NCBI GenBank assembly: GCA_037441675.1
Contig: JBBIRS010000007.1
Coordinates: 43,679-107,678 of the forward strand
Length of the DNA: 64,000 nucleotides
Origin: Planctomycetales bacterium
GTDB lineage: Bacteria; 4484-113
Direction of reading: 5' to 3'
Each line of letters starts with the position of its first letter. Position 1 is the stretch's first letter. A program made the translations under genes and the position numbers. This document shows positions 18,982-28,808 of this stretch, one piece after another. The notes beneath the pieces were generated by a model. That model was not told where the DNA came from, made no database searches, and saw nothing but the letters and a program-made list of their open reading frames with translations.

Positions 18982-20109
18982 ATGGTTATGATTAGAGCTA
19001 TACTCAGCATTGCTATTATCCTTCTCGTTAGCACTCCACTTTTTGGAGAGAATGAAATAACAAACGAGACGACTCTATCCTACGACAAGGGAGAGGTAAG
19101 CGGATGGGAGAGGTTGGAGGTTGAGGCGGCACGAGTTGAGTTCTCAGCTGTTAAGAGCTGGACAGCTACTTATGTAACTGGCTTGGAGGTCTACCTGAAA
19201 AAGTACGGCGCCGGGTATAACCCCGACCGCACTTTCGTTACTTTTGTCGTACAAAATGCTGAGGAAAAGGTTTTATGGCAGAAGCTAATCCCCTTTAGTT
19301 ATCTTCCACAAAATGAGGGATGGGCTGAGATAGAAACTGACGTTATTCTTGTCAAGGATAAGTTTTTCGTCACTGTTTATCCCTACGCAAGGCAGGATTT
19401 CGGTGTTGAGCTTGGATATACGGAAGGTTCCACTAGCTTTCGGAGTTATCGCGGAAACCCTAGCAAGGGTTTCAAGAGAGTTGAGAAGAATTATGATTGG
19501 ATGATAAGGGCAAAGGTTAGAAGCACGGTTCAACCAAGAAGAACTATCACTACGTCAGAGATTTCTGGAAGCGATTTTATATATTACGATGATGGATCCG
19601 CAGATGGTTTTGCGACTTTTCAGCGAGGTGGAGCGCTCGTCGGATTCAAGAAAGATGGGGTAAACATAATCCGAGATATCTATTTCTACGGCAAGGTTGA
19701 AGGTAATTGGTTTGAGGCAAAACCTAAGTTTCGCGTTTACTTACTGGATAATGACCTAAGAATCATCACCAGCACAATTGTTGATTATTCAGTTTTAACT
19801 GAAATTCCACACTGGACAATCGTGGACTTTCCAGATACGAGGGTTAGGGGCGACTTTTACGTGCTTATTGAACCGGGCTCAAGACCTCAGTACTCGCTTC
19901 ATATTGGCTATGACCTATCAAGGGAGAATAAACACTCTTATGCGGGCACAATCGGCAGATTGAAAAAACTTGACGTGGAGGATATCGCTGGTTTTGGAGT
20001 AACGGTCTTTAACTTGAAAGGCGAGCCAACTGACTCTTTCGTCAATAGATGGCCTGTGGAGATTGACCCAAAAAGGGTTAATTGGCTGATTAGAGTTAGG
20101 TATGACTAG
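18982..20109 (+). CDS. Hypothetical secreted protein
   Basis: 375 aa. N-terminal signal peptide (ILSIAIILLVSTPLFG). No recognisable domain. Confidence 0.5.
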   Translation: MVMIRAILSIAIILLVSTPLFGENEITNETTLSYDKGEVSGWERLEVEAARVEFSAVKSWTATYVTGLEVYLKKYGAGYNPDRTFVTFVVQNAEEKVLWQKLIPFSYLPQNEGWAEIETDVILVKDKFFVTVYPYARQDFGVELGYTEGSTSFRSYRGNPSKGFKRVEKNYDWMIRAKVRSTVQPRRTITTSEISGSDFIYYDDGSADGFATFQRGGALVGFKKDGVNIIRDIYFYGKVEGNWFEAKPKFRVYLLDNDLRIITSTIVDYSVLTEIPHWTIVDFPDTRVRGDFYVLIEPGSRPQYSLHIGYDLSRENKHSYAGTIGRLKKLDVEDIAGFGVTVFNLKGEPTDSFVNRWPVEIDPKRVNWLIRVRYD

Positions 20110-20144
20110 GCGTTCATTTCCTCAATTACTGCCTTTTTGACAGC

Positions 20145-20178
20145 AAAGCCAAGAGGATAAAACAGTCAAGGCTTTTTT
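20145..20178 (+). terminator. Weak candidate intrinsic terminator after 18982-20109
   Basis: AAAGCC...GGCTTTTTT, an imperfect hairpin followed by a T6 run in the convergent intergenic gap. Confidence 0.25.
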
Positions 20179-20263
20179 AGTTCTTAATACACAAATTGAA
20201 GGGTAAATGATTCCTCAGAAGTTTCTGTTGCGTTTTATTTTGACTTCGCTTGCAAACCGCAAG

Positions 20264-20737
20264 CTATTCAAAGTCATCCGAGGAACTCCGAAGCACTTGA
20301 CCTAACGTCACCCAGTTTTCGCTCAAAAGCTCAGCTACTGCTACATCGGATAGACTAAACCGCCAGTCATTGCCTTCCTTCGTCCAAAGCATCTTCGCTC
20401 TTCCAACCCAAGTGTAATTCGCGCCTTCAAGTCTAACTACTAAGGTCGCTAAGTATCCTTTCGGAACTTTTTCTATTCTGTTGATGTTTAGCGCCTTAAT
20501 ATCATTTTCGTAACCGGGATAAACGTGGTCTTCAATTATCTGAATTGCCTGCTGATATTCGCTCTTTGTTACAAAGTCCGCAGAGTCGTAAATTTTCCCT
20601 TCCTTTACAAGATGAATAAATTTCCGAAGTGAGGACTGAAATGATAAAAGCCTTATCCAGCCGGGCAGAAATACGATTAGCAAAAATGCTAGAACGAAAA
20701 TTACTATGAAAAGAGGAAAATATTTGGTAAGCTTCAT
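20264..20737 (-). CDS. Hypothetical membrane-anchored protein (possible NTF2-like fold)
   Basis: 157 aa. Single N-terminal transmembrane helix followed by a soluble domain. Confidence 0.45.
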   Translation of the reverse strand: MKLTKYFPLFIVIFVLAFLLIVFLPGWIRLLSFQSSLRKFIHLVKEGKIYDSADFVTKSEYQQAIQIIEDHVYPGYENDIKALNINRIEKVPKGYLATLVVRLEGANYTWVGRAKMLWTKEGNDWRFSLSDVAVAELLSENWVTLGQVLRSSSDDFE

Positions 20738-20915
20738 AATTAAGAACTAATTATAATTTTAGCTGTTGTTAATTTGATATTGAGATATTAAGGTTGGGAA
20801 GAAACGATAAGCTTTTTACCTGCTAGTTGATAAACGAAAATAATACTTGCTCCTCAAAAGTACAAGGATGATTCCGATAAAAAACTGAAAGTGATTGGGA
20901 TGTGATTGATGTGTT

Positions 20916-21431
20916 TTAGTTATCTCGTGAATAACTTCTCTTTGGGCGTCTAAGATTGAACAAGCTCTCTATTAACCGCCAGAACTTAGTTCCAAAAAAG
21001 TCTTTCTTGGAAATTGGCTCAATCAAAATGGATCTAAGTCCTGATAGATTTGCTCCGAGTATGTCGGTAAAAACTATATCCCCAACTACCGCGGTAGTGG
21101 AGCGATTAATATTTAACTCCTTAAGCGCAATACGGAAGCCGTGAGGCAAGGGCTTTGGCAGATTGCCACAAATAAGAGGAATATCCAGTAATTGAGACAA
21201 TTCTTTTAGTCTGCGAGCCACACCGTTACTCAAAAGGACCAACTTAATTCCATTTTTCTTAAGCTCCAGTAACCAATTCTGGACTTCATCGTTTATCCTA
21301 TACTCACCCCAGGGAGCAAGGGTGTTGTCCACATCAAGGATGAGCGCGGAAATAGAATTCGCCTTAAGAAACTGCGGAGTTATTTCCTCTACCTTGGAAA
21401 AATAAAAATCTGGGAAGAATATTGAAAACAT
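20916..21431 (-). CDS. yqeG: YqeG-family HAD-superfamily (IIIA) phosphatase
   Basis: 171 aa. DxD motif LILDVDNTL and the conserved VLLSNG / GD motifs of the YqeG subfamily. Confidence 0.7.
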   Translation of the reverse strand: MFSIFFPDFYFSKVEEITPQFLKANSISALILDVDNTLAPWGEYRINDEVQNWLLELKKNGIKLVLLSNGVARRLKELSQLLDIPLICGNLPKPLPHGFRIALKELNINRSTTAVVGDIVFTDILGANLSGLRSILIEPISKKDFFGTKFWRLIESLFNLRRPKRSYSRDN

Positions 21432-21433
21432 AC

Positions 21434-21862
21434 TTACTTCTTAATCAGCTCTCTTTTTACGTAAACATCAAGGATTAGCGCTGCAGATATCGCATCAACA
21501 ATTTTCATCCACCTCTTTTTCTTTTTATCACCTCTGACACCTCTTGAGAGATAATTTAGAGCTTCCTTTGATGTGAGGCGCTCGTCAACGAAGCGAATCT
21601 TTGCGCCAATGCTACCCTCAATAGCCTTGAAGCGTGAAATAACTTCCTTCGCCATTTTACCCTTCTTCCCATCACTTTCAAGCGGAAGACCAACTACAAT
21701 CACTTCAACTTCCCTCTCCACGACAAGTTTTCTTAGCGTTGCTATAAGCTCTGCATCATCCTTTGGAGTAATTACTCCGAGAGGAACTGCGACATAACTC
21801 GGCTTCTCTGCAATCGCAATGCCAATCCACCTGACCCCGAAATCTATACCTAATATTCCCAA
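21434..21862 (-). CDS. ruvX: Holliday-junction resolvase-like / pre-16S rRNA nuclease RuvX (YqgF)
   Basis: 142 aa. N-terminal ILGIDFGVRWIGIAIAE of the RNase H-like YqgF family. Confidence 0.85.
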   Translation of the reverse strand: MGILGIDFGVRWIGIAIAEKPSYVAVPLGVITPKDDAELIATLRKLVVEREVEVIVVGLPLESDGKKGKMAKEVISRFKAIEGSIGAKIRFVDERLTSKEALNYLSRGVRGDKKKKRWMKIVDAISAALILDVYVKRELIKK

Positions 21863-21902
21863 CTCTCAAATTATATCCGAGACGCTGTTATAATCCACGT
21901 TT

Positions 21903-22436
21903 ATGGAAAGGAAAAATATTTTTGGAGAACTATTGAAGTTTGCAGACACTATCCCTAGTGTTCATAGCTCTTGCTTTATAGCAAGCGGAGCAAGGATAAT
22001 CGGAGAAGTTCAGTTAGAGGAAGGCGTTTCGGTTTGGTTCAATTCCGTCCTGCGAGGAGATATCAGCAGGATAGTCGTCGGTAGGTTCACCAATATTCAG
22101 GATTTATGCCTACTGCACGTTGATAGAGGACAGCCCTGCGAAGTTGGGGAATACGTTGTTGTTGGACATATGGCTATTCTTCACGCCTGCTCCGTTGGAA
22201 ACTCTTGTCTCATCGGGATGGGCGCAAGGATTCTTAGCGGAGCTAAGATTGGCGATGGATGCATCATCGCCGCCCAAGCGGTAGTTTTGGAAGGGAAAGA
22301 GATTCCACCTAACACTCTTGTTGCCGGCGTTCCCGCAAAGGTTATTCGCAGTGTTTCTCCTGAGGAGGTCCAAGGTATAAAAGACTGGGCAATACGGTAT
22401 AACGAGCTTGCCCAACTTTACTTAACTTCTCCCTAG
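21903..22436 (+). CDS. Gamma-carbonic anhydrase family / left-handed beta-helix (hexapeptide) protein
   Basis: 177 aa. Hexapeptide repeats with a conserved HxxxxxH region (GHMAILHAC). Confidence 0.75.
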   Translation: MERKNIFGELLKFADTIPSVHSSCFIASGARIIGEVQLEEGVSVWFNSVLRGDISRIVVGRFTNIQDLCLLHVDRGQPCEVGEYVVVGHMAILHACSVGNSCLIGMGARILSGAKIGDGCIIAAQAVVLEGKEIPPNTLVAGVPAKVIRSVSPEEVQGIKDWAIRYNELAQLYLTSP

Positions 22437-22541
22437 GAAATCCCTTGACCGGCGTGAATTGTTGTTGTAGAGTCAGAGAGCATAAGGGGTTAACTATAAA
22501 TGGTTAAAAACGAATTATCAACAATTTATCAACCAAATCTT

Positions 22542-22555
22542 ACACTATGTATAGT
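22542..22555 (+). promoter_or_regulatory. Candidate NrdR box (ACACTATGTATAGT) upstream of nrdJ
   Basis: About 13 of 16 positions match the acaCwAtATaTwGtgt consensus. It lies just 5' of the -35 of the predicted promoter. No clear second box was seen. Confidence 0.25.
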
Positions 22556-22563
22556 AAAAGCCC

Positions 22564-22592
22564 TTGACAGCCAGATTTTCGATGTTTAGAAT
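22564..22592 (+). promoter_or_regulatory. Sigma70 promoter for nrdJ: TTGACA-N17-TAGAAT
   Basis: TTGACA at 22564-22569 and TAGAAT at 22587-22592. Leaves a roughly 110-nt leader before the nrdJ ATG. Confidence 0.45.
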
Positions 22593-22707
22593 GGAAAGGT
22601 AAACCTGATGAAAGCGAGCCTAAATAGCCCAATGTGGGGATTAGGACACCGTGTAAATTTATTAAGTTATCAATAAGAGTAAACGCTAAGAATTCAAGGA
22701 GAAGGCC

Positions 22708-25458
22708 ATGTCTGTCAAAACAGGTTATCTATCCAGCGGGGGGGTAGAGAGAACTGATGCGGTTGAGGTAAAGCTTCCACTCATCAGCAGGCGTTTTACC
22801 ACATCCATACATCCCTATGAGCTTGTAAAGTGGAAGAAAACATCCGCTGTAATATTTGATGCCAGCGGAAAAGAGGTATTTCGTCAGGATGACGTGGAGT
22901 TTCCTGAATTTTACTCTGACTACGCCATAAACATAATAGCGCAGAAGTACTTTAGAGGGCAGTTAGGTTCCCCAATGAGGGAGTACTCGCTTAAGCAGAT
23001 GATTGACCGCGTTGTGGACACTCTTACAAGGTGGGGAGTTGAAGGAGGTTATCTTGTTGGAGATGAGGTTGAAATTTTTAATCTTGAATTAAAGAACCTT
23101 CTACTAAATCAGTACTTCTCATTTAACTCACCGGTATGGTTCAATTTGGGGGTACCTGAACCTTTGCGGTCAAGTTCCACGAATGGGAAGCCCCAGTGTT
23201 CCGCCTGTTTCATCCTTGAGGTTGAGGATTCACTTGAATCAATTAGGGAGTGGTGGAACACGGAGTCTCTAATATTTGCTGGTGGGAGCGGTGCAGGAGT
23301 GAATGTTTCGCGTCTTCGCGCGCAGGGCGAGCCAATCTCAAAAGGAGGAACGTCTTCCGGACCGCTTTCATTTATGGCGGCGGCAGATTCTATTGCCGGT
23401 TCAATCAAGAGCGGTGGAACAACTCGCAGAGCCGCAAAAATGGTAGTAATGAATATTGATCATCCCGACATACTTGATTTCATAAATTGCAAAAGGGATG
23501 AGGAGCGCAAGGCTCGTCTATTGGCTGCCGCTGGTTTTGACTTGAGTTTCAATGGCGTGGATTGGAGATCAATACAGTATCAAAACGCAAACAACTCAGT
23601 GCGGGTAAGTGATGCCTTTATGCGAGCTGTGGAAACAAACTCGCAGTGGCAGACAATTTATAGGATTAGCGGTGAGCCAGCCGGCAAATACCCTGCGCAG
23701 GAACTGTGGCGTGCGATTGTTGAAGCTGCATGGGAATGCGCTGATCCTGGCCTTCAGTTTGATGACACGATTAACAGATGGCATACCTGCCCCAATGATG
23801 GCAGAATTGAAGCTAGCAATCCTTGCTCGGAGTATATGTTCTTAAACAATACAGCTTGTAATTTGGCGTCAATCAATCTTCTGAAGTTTAGGCGGGAAGA
23901 TGGGACATTTGATGTCTCCGCTTACAAGCACGCGATAAGGCTGATATTTCTTGCGCAAGAAATAATTGTTGGAAATGCTGGCTATCCCACGAAGAAGATT
24001 GAGGAGATGAGCCATCGTTTTCGCACCATTGGACTGGGTTTCACAAATCTTGGGGCGCTCGTTATGGTGAATGGAACTCCTTACGATTCGGAAGAATGCC
24101 GAGCCTATGCTTCTGCTCTTGCTTCCATTCTATGCGGGGAAGCTTATGCAACTTCCGCTAGGATTGCGGAAAGGCTAGGTCCCTTTGAAGGATACGAGAA
24201 TAACAAGCATGAGATGCTTCAGGTTATGGAGATGCACCGAGACGCTTCCCATAAAATAAACGTGGAGTTAATTACGGATAAAGTGTTGGCGCAGGCTAGC
24301 ACTGAAGTGTGGGACCGCGTGCTAGAACTTGGAAATGAATTCGGTTTCCGAAACGCACAGGCAACTGTTATTGCTCCAACGGGAACTATTAGTTTTATGA
24401 TGGACGCAACAACGACTGGAATTGAACCTGAGCTTGCGCTGGTTAAGTGGAAGCAGCTTGTTGGCGGGGGAACTATACAGCTATTGAATGAGCTTGTGCC
24501 TAAGGCTTTGAAGACACTTGGTTACTCTGCCTCTGAGATAGAGGAAATTGAGGACTATGTAAAGGAGAATGGCACAATTGAAGGCGCACCATATCTAAAG
24601 GATGAACATTTACCGATATTTGATTGCTCCTTCGTGTCCCCCAATGGCACAAGAGCCATATCGCCAATGGGACATGTGAAGATGATGGCGGTGGTTCAAC
24701 CGTTCATCTCTGGGGCTATAAGCAAGACGGTCAACCTGCCACGAAACGCCACTTACCAAGATGTCTCTGAGATTTACATGGAGGCATGGAGGCTTGGCTT
24801 GAAGGCAATTGCCATTTACCGGGACGGATGCAAGCAGGTTCAACCTCTCACCACTTCACTTGAGGAGAGGACAAATTGGAAGATTGAAGTCCTTGAAAGC
24901 TTCGGCTTGCGAGGATTGAAGAAGAGATTGCCACAAACGCTAGTTTCCACGAGACACAAGGCTTCGGTGGGCGACGTGGAATTTTATATTCACACCGCGG
25001 TTTATCCTGATACCAATAAACTGGCGGAGCTTTTTGTTGATATCGCCAAGGACGGATCTACGGTCGCAGGTCTGTTAAATGCATTTTGTATTCAGTTCTC
25101 AGACGCCCTTCAAAGGGGCACTCCGCTAAAGGACTTAGTGAGAAAGCTCATCGGGACTAGATTTGATCCATCCGGTTACGTCGGCGAAAAGGATATTCAA
25201 TTTGCCAGTTCCATACTTGACTATCTGGGGAGGTACTTAGGACTTAAGTACCTGCCCCCTGAAGAGCGCAAGGAACTAGGTCTTTTCAATGGTTCCCACT
25301 CTGAAGCAAAAACGATGCACTTATGGTCTAATACTCAAGATAACGCTCTTACCCAGCTTCACGCACCAGCTTGTGTCAAGTGTGGAAATCTCATGCATCG
25401 GACGGGAAGTTGTTGGACTTGCCCAAATTGTGGGACTAACTTGGGTGGATGTAACTAG
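22708..25458 (+). CDS. nrdJ: Adenosylcobalamin-dependent ribonucleotide reductase (class II) with C-terminal zinc ribbon
   Basis: 916 aa. Ten-stranded barrel signatures (CSACFILE, SNPCSEYMF, CNLASINL). C-terminal CVKCGNLMHRTGSCWTCPNCG zinc ribbon. Confidence 0.9.
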   Translation: MSVKTGYLSSGGVERTDAVEVKLPLISRRFTTSIHPYELVKWKKTSAVIFDASGKEVFRQDDVEFPEFYSDYAINIIAQKYFRGQLGSPMREYSLKQMIDRVVDTLTRWGVEGGYLVGDEVEIFNLELKNLLLNQYFSFNSPVWFNLGVPEPLRSSSTNGKPQCSACFILEVEDSLESIREWWNTESLIFAGGSGAGVNVSRLRAQGEPISKGGTSSGPLSFMAAADSIAGSIKSGGTTRRAAKMVVMNIDHPDILDFINCKRDEERKARLLAAAGFDLSFNGVDWRSIQYQNANNSVRVSDAFMRAVETNSQWQTIYRISGEPAGKYPAQELWRAIVEAAWECADPGLQFDDTINRWHTCPNDGRIEASNPCSEYMFLNNTACNLASINLLKFRREDGTFDVSAYKHAIRLIFLAQEIIVGNAGYPTKKIEEMSHRFRTIGLGFTNLGALVMVNGTPYDSEECRAYASALASILCGEAYATSARIAERLGPFEGYENNKHEMLQVMEMHRDASHKINVELITDKVLAQASTEVWDRVLELGNEFGFRNAQATVIAPTGTISFMMDATTTGIEPELALVKWKQLVGGGTIQLLNELVPKALKTLGYSASEIEEIEDYVKENGTIEGAPYLKDEHLPIFDCSFVSPNGTRAISPMGHVKMMAVVQPFISGAISKTVNLPRNATYQDVSEIYMEAWRLGLKAIAIYRDGCKQVQPLTTSLEERTNWKIEVLESFGLRGLKKRLPQTLVSTRHKASVGDVEFYIHTAVYPDTNKLAELFVDIAKDGSTVAGLLNAFCIQFSDALQRGTPLKDLVRKLIGTRFDPSGYVGEKDIQFASSILDYLGRYLGLKYLPPEERKELGLFNGSHSEAKTMHLWSNTQDNALTQLHAPACVKCGNLMHRTGSCWTCPNCGTNLGGCN

Positions 25459-25597
25459 TTCAAAGATTGAATAATTTCTAGCGGTTAAGCAAAAAATTAC
25501 CACCTTCAGCAAAGTCATTCACCCAACTTCCGTAAAGCCATTCACCCCTGAATTATCGCTTATCCCTTGGACTGAGTTAGAATATTATGATAGAAAG

Positions 25598-28036
25598 ATG
25601 GAAATAAAACGGGATAAAGCATCAAAGAAGCTGGCGCATCTAAGCCTTGAGCCTGAATTAACTGAAAGCGCTCGGAAAGTTTTACGGAAGAGATATTTGC
25701 TTAAGGATGAACGGGCAAATGTTATAGAGACCGAGAAAGAAATGTTTCAGCGTGTGGCGAGGAACATTGCCTTGCCCGATTTGAAATACAATCCGCAAAT
25801 TGATATCAGAGAGACGGAAAGGGAATTCTACGAGTTGATGGTAAGGCTTGAGTTTCTGCCTAATTCACCGACACTGATGAACGCGGGTAGGGAAAAGGGG
25901 CAGTTGTCCGCTTGCTTCGTTCTGCCTGTGGAAGATAATTTGGCGGACATATTTGAATCGGTGAAGAATGCGGCACTGATACATCAGACAGGTGGCGGGA
26001 CTGGATTTTCCTTTAGCAGGGTAAGGCCTAAGAATGATGTTGTCCGCTCCACGGGAGGAATTGCGAGTGGACCAGTGTCATTTATTAAAGTATTCAATCA
26101 GGCAACGGAAGTCATCAAACAGGGTGGAACTAGACGTGGCGCAAATATGGCGATATTGGACGTCAGGCATCCTGATATCTTGGAATTCATTACCTGCAAA
26201 AGGGATAACGAGGAAATTACAAACTTTAATATATCCGTAGCGGTAGATGAAGATTTTATGCGCGCGGTGGAGGAAGATACTAGCTATGAGCTTGTAAATC
26301 CCAATACTAAGAATGTTGTGAAAAAGCTTTCCGCAAGGAAGGTTTTTGAATACATTGTAAATCACGCTTGGCTAAATGGAGAGCCTGGAATTGTCTTTCT
26401 AGATAGGGTGAACAAGGATAATCCTACTCCTAGCCTTGGAAGAATTGAGGCGACAAATCCATGCGGCGAACAGCCGCTGTTGCCATATGAGGCGTGCAAT
26501 CTTGGCTCAATTAACTTAAGCAAATGTGTTACGGAGAATCGCGAAGTTGACTGGGATAAGCTGAGGCGGATTGTGAGAACTTCCGTTCACTTCTTGGACA
26601 ATGTAATTGACGCAAGCCACTTCCCCCTTCCACAAATTGAGGAGATAACAAAGGGCAACAGAAAGATTGGCTTGGGAGTGATGGGCTGGGCGGATATGCT
26701 CTTTTTGCTAGAGATACCCTATGACAGTGAAGAGGGGTGTGCGCTTGCATCAAGGTTAATGAAGTTCATCCGAGAGGAAGCAGACCAAATGAGTCTAGAG
26801 CTTGGTGAAGCAAGAGGAACTTTCCCCAATTGGGAGAAAAGTATCTGGGCTGGCACTCATCTGAAATTTAGAAACGCTACGCGCTTGACAATTGCACCCA
26901 CAGGAACATTGTCAATTATTGCTGGGTGTAGTTCGGGAATTGAACCACTATTTGCCCCCGTGTTCGTTAAAAGGGTTATGGAAGGAACTGAGCTTGTTGA
27001 GGCGAACTCCACCCTTCTGAGGATTGCCAAGTCGGAGGGCTGGTATAGCGAGGAGCTGATGCGCGAAATTGCCAGGGCTGGAACCTTGAGAGGCTACAAA
27101 GAAGTACCGGAGAAATGGAGGAGGATTTTCGTTACTAGCAGGGATATAAGCCCAAAGTGGCATATAAGAATGCAGTCCGCCTTCCAGGAGCACGTGGATA
27201 ACGCAGTGAGCAAGACGGCGAACTTTCCCGAAGACGCAAAGGCTGAAGATGTGAAGGAAGTTTTCCTTTACGCTTACCAGCTTGGATGCAAAGGGGTAAC
27301 GGTTTACCGATACGGAAGCAGGGAGGAGCAGGTTTTGAGTCTAACTACGCATAAGCGGGAAGAAGTGGCGAAGAAGGAACAGCTTTCTTTAATCCAGCCA
27401 GTACTACCTGGAATGCAGATAAAGCCACGACCACGACCTCCTCTTGTTAGAGGCGCTACGACGTTTATTCAAACTGGTTGCGGTAAGATGTACGTCACCA
27501 TCAACGAGGATGAGGATGGAAATCCCTTTGAAATTTTTGCGCAAATTGGAAAAGCTGGTGGATGCGCTGGTGCATACTCCGAAGCGTTGGCAAGATTGAT
27601 AAGCCTATGCCTGAGAAGTGGCATTGCAATTGATAGCATCCTTAAACATTTGCGGGGGATTTCATGCCCATTTCCACAACTGCTTCCAGGAGGTGAAAGG
27701 GTTTACTCATGCCCCGATGCCATCGCTAAAGCGGTTGATAAGTATCTTGAAAATAAGGGGATGCGAATCGAGAAGTATCCATATCTAAAGAAACAGGGAA
27801 AGAAGGAGATTGAAACGCTTGAGTTAAGTCCAAAAAGCTTCGGAATGCCTGAAGAGGATGAAGGTGAGGAGGTGGAGGAAACTACTTCGCTAAGGATAAA
27901 TGAAAACTCACTGAGATTTGAAACATTCACCGATTTATTTAGAAGCTTGGTTGATATCTGTCCCGACTGTGGCGGAAGTCTTCTTCACGATTCGGGGTGC
28001 CTTTATTGCAGGATATGCGGTTACAGCAAGTGCTAG
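25598..28036 (+). CDS. nrdJ: Second class II (B12-dependent) ribonucleotide reductase paralog with C-terminal zinc ribbon
   Basis: 812 aa. Same fold markers ([25 protein letters not shown]) but highly diverged from the upstream copy. C-terminal CPDCGG...CLYCRICG. Confidence 0.85.
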   Translation: MEIKRDKASKKLAHLSLEPELTESARKVLRKRYLLKDERANVIETEKEMFQRVARNIALPDLKYNPQIDIRETEREFYELMVRLEFLPNSPTLMNAGREKGQLSACFVLPVEDNLADIFESVKNAALIHQTGGGTGFSFSRVRPKNDVVRSTGGIASGPVSFIKVFNQATEVIKQGGTRRGANMAILDVRHPDILEFITCKRDNEEITNFNISVAVDEDFMRAVEEDTSYELVNPNTKNVVKKLSARKVFEYIVNHAWLNGEPGIVFLDRVNKDNPTPSLGRIEATNPCGEQPLLPYEACNLGSINLSKCVTENREVDWDKLRRIVRTSVHFLDNVIDASHFPLPQIEEITKGNRKIGLGVMGWADMLFLLEIPYDSEEGCALASRLMKFIREEADQMSLELGEARGTFPNWEKSIWAGTHLKFRNATRLTIAPTGTLSIIAGCSSGIEPLFAPVFVKRVMEGTELVEANSTLLRIAKSEGWYSEELMREIARAGTLRGYKEVPEKWRRIFVTSRDISPKWHIRMQSAFQEHVDNAVSKTANFPEDAKAEDVKEVFLYAYQLGCKGVTVYRYGSREEQVLSLTTHKREEVAKKEQLSLIQPVLPGMQIKPRPRPPLVRGATTFIQTGCGKMYVTINEDEDGNPFEIFAQIGKAGGCAGAYSEALARLISLCLRSGIAIDSILKHLRGISCPFPQLLPGGERVYSCPDAIAKAVDKYLENKGMRIEKYPYLKKQGKKEIETLELSPKSFGMPEEDEGEEVEETTSLRINENSLRFETFTDLFRSLVDICPDCGGSLLHDSGCLYCRICGYSKC

Positions 28037-28128
28037 AGATGCTTTACAGCTATCCCAATGAAAGATAAAGCGGTTTGACGGGCGCGAAACTATAGGCTTT
28101 CAATTCAGGCGAGATACACAAAAAGAAA

Positions 28129-28740
28129 CTAAGGTTCCAATCCTAGTGAGGCGGTATCAGGGTCAATCGTGGCAATTTCTCTAGCGCAATCGGGGCATAG
28201 GGCGATGAGAGTCCCATCCGCACTAATGATGGGTGTTGCAACAGGCGCGCCACAATTTTCGCATGTGTCACCAACTTCCTCATTCTCCGAGGAAGCAGAT
28301 GCGACCATTGATTGAAGAATCCGCCTTCGCCACTTTTCCCACATCTGATAGATTTCGCGCCTCTTCTGCCGAGTTTTTTCCGCTTCCCACGCGGATTTGG
28401 CTAGCTCTCTGCCAGTTTCTAAGTGCTCATCGCAGAAGTAAAGAACGATGGAAGTTGGCATCAGACTTCCCGCAGTGGGTTTGCTCCCACAGATAAAACA
28501 TTTCTCCTCCGGAAGAAGGAAGTATGGAACTTTCTCCTGCTTCGTTGGGACTTCCGCCTTGACGCTTGGCAAAATCGTGAGCTTCTCATCCCTCTGCTTA
28601 AGCTCTTCCAGTGGAGCTTGGTCGGACTCTTCCACTTCAGGCTCTTCTTCACGGGAGTCTTCACTCTGCAATTTCTTCAGAAATTCACGCAGAGCCTGTT
28701 CAATCTGCTCACGCCTAATTTCATCAATTGAGCCAGCCAT
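28129..28740 (-). CDS. Hypothetical protein with two zinc-ribbon-like Cys clusters
   Basis: 203 aa. Acidic N-terminus. CFICGSK...CDEH and CENCGAP...CPDC tetrads. Divergent from the transporter gene. Confidence 0.5.
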   Translation of the reverse strand: MAGSIDEIRREQIEQALREFLKKLQSEDSREEEPEVEESDQAPLEELKQRDEKLTILPSVKAEVPTKQEKVPYFLLPEEKCFICGSKPTAGSLMPTSIVLYFCDEHLETGRELAKSAWEAEKTRQKRREIYQMWEKWRRRILQSMVASASSENEEVGDTCENCGAPVATPIISADGTLIALCPDCAREIATIDPDTASLGLEP

Positions 28741-28808
28741 TTTAGCCCGCTATTATGGTAACAGCAAAAATTGATTAGTGCAAAGGAGAATGGCGATATA
28801 ATTCCAGC

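Noticed and set aside
22437-22707. Cobalamin riboswitch in the nrdJ leader
   Set aside because: I could not find the conserved B12-box or the paired elements. B12 riboswitches typically control B12-independent isozymes rather than NrdJ.
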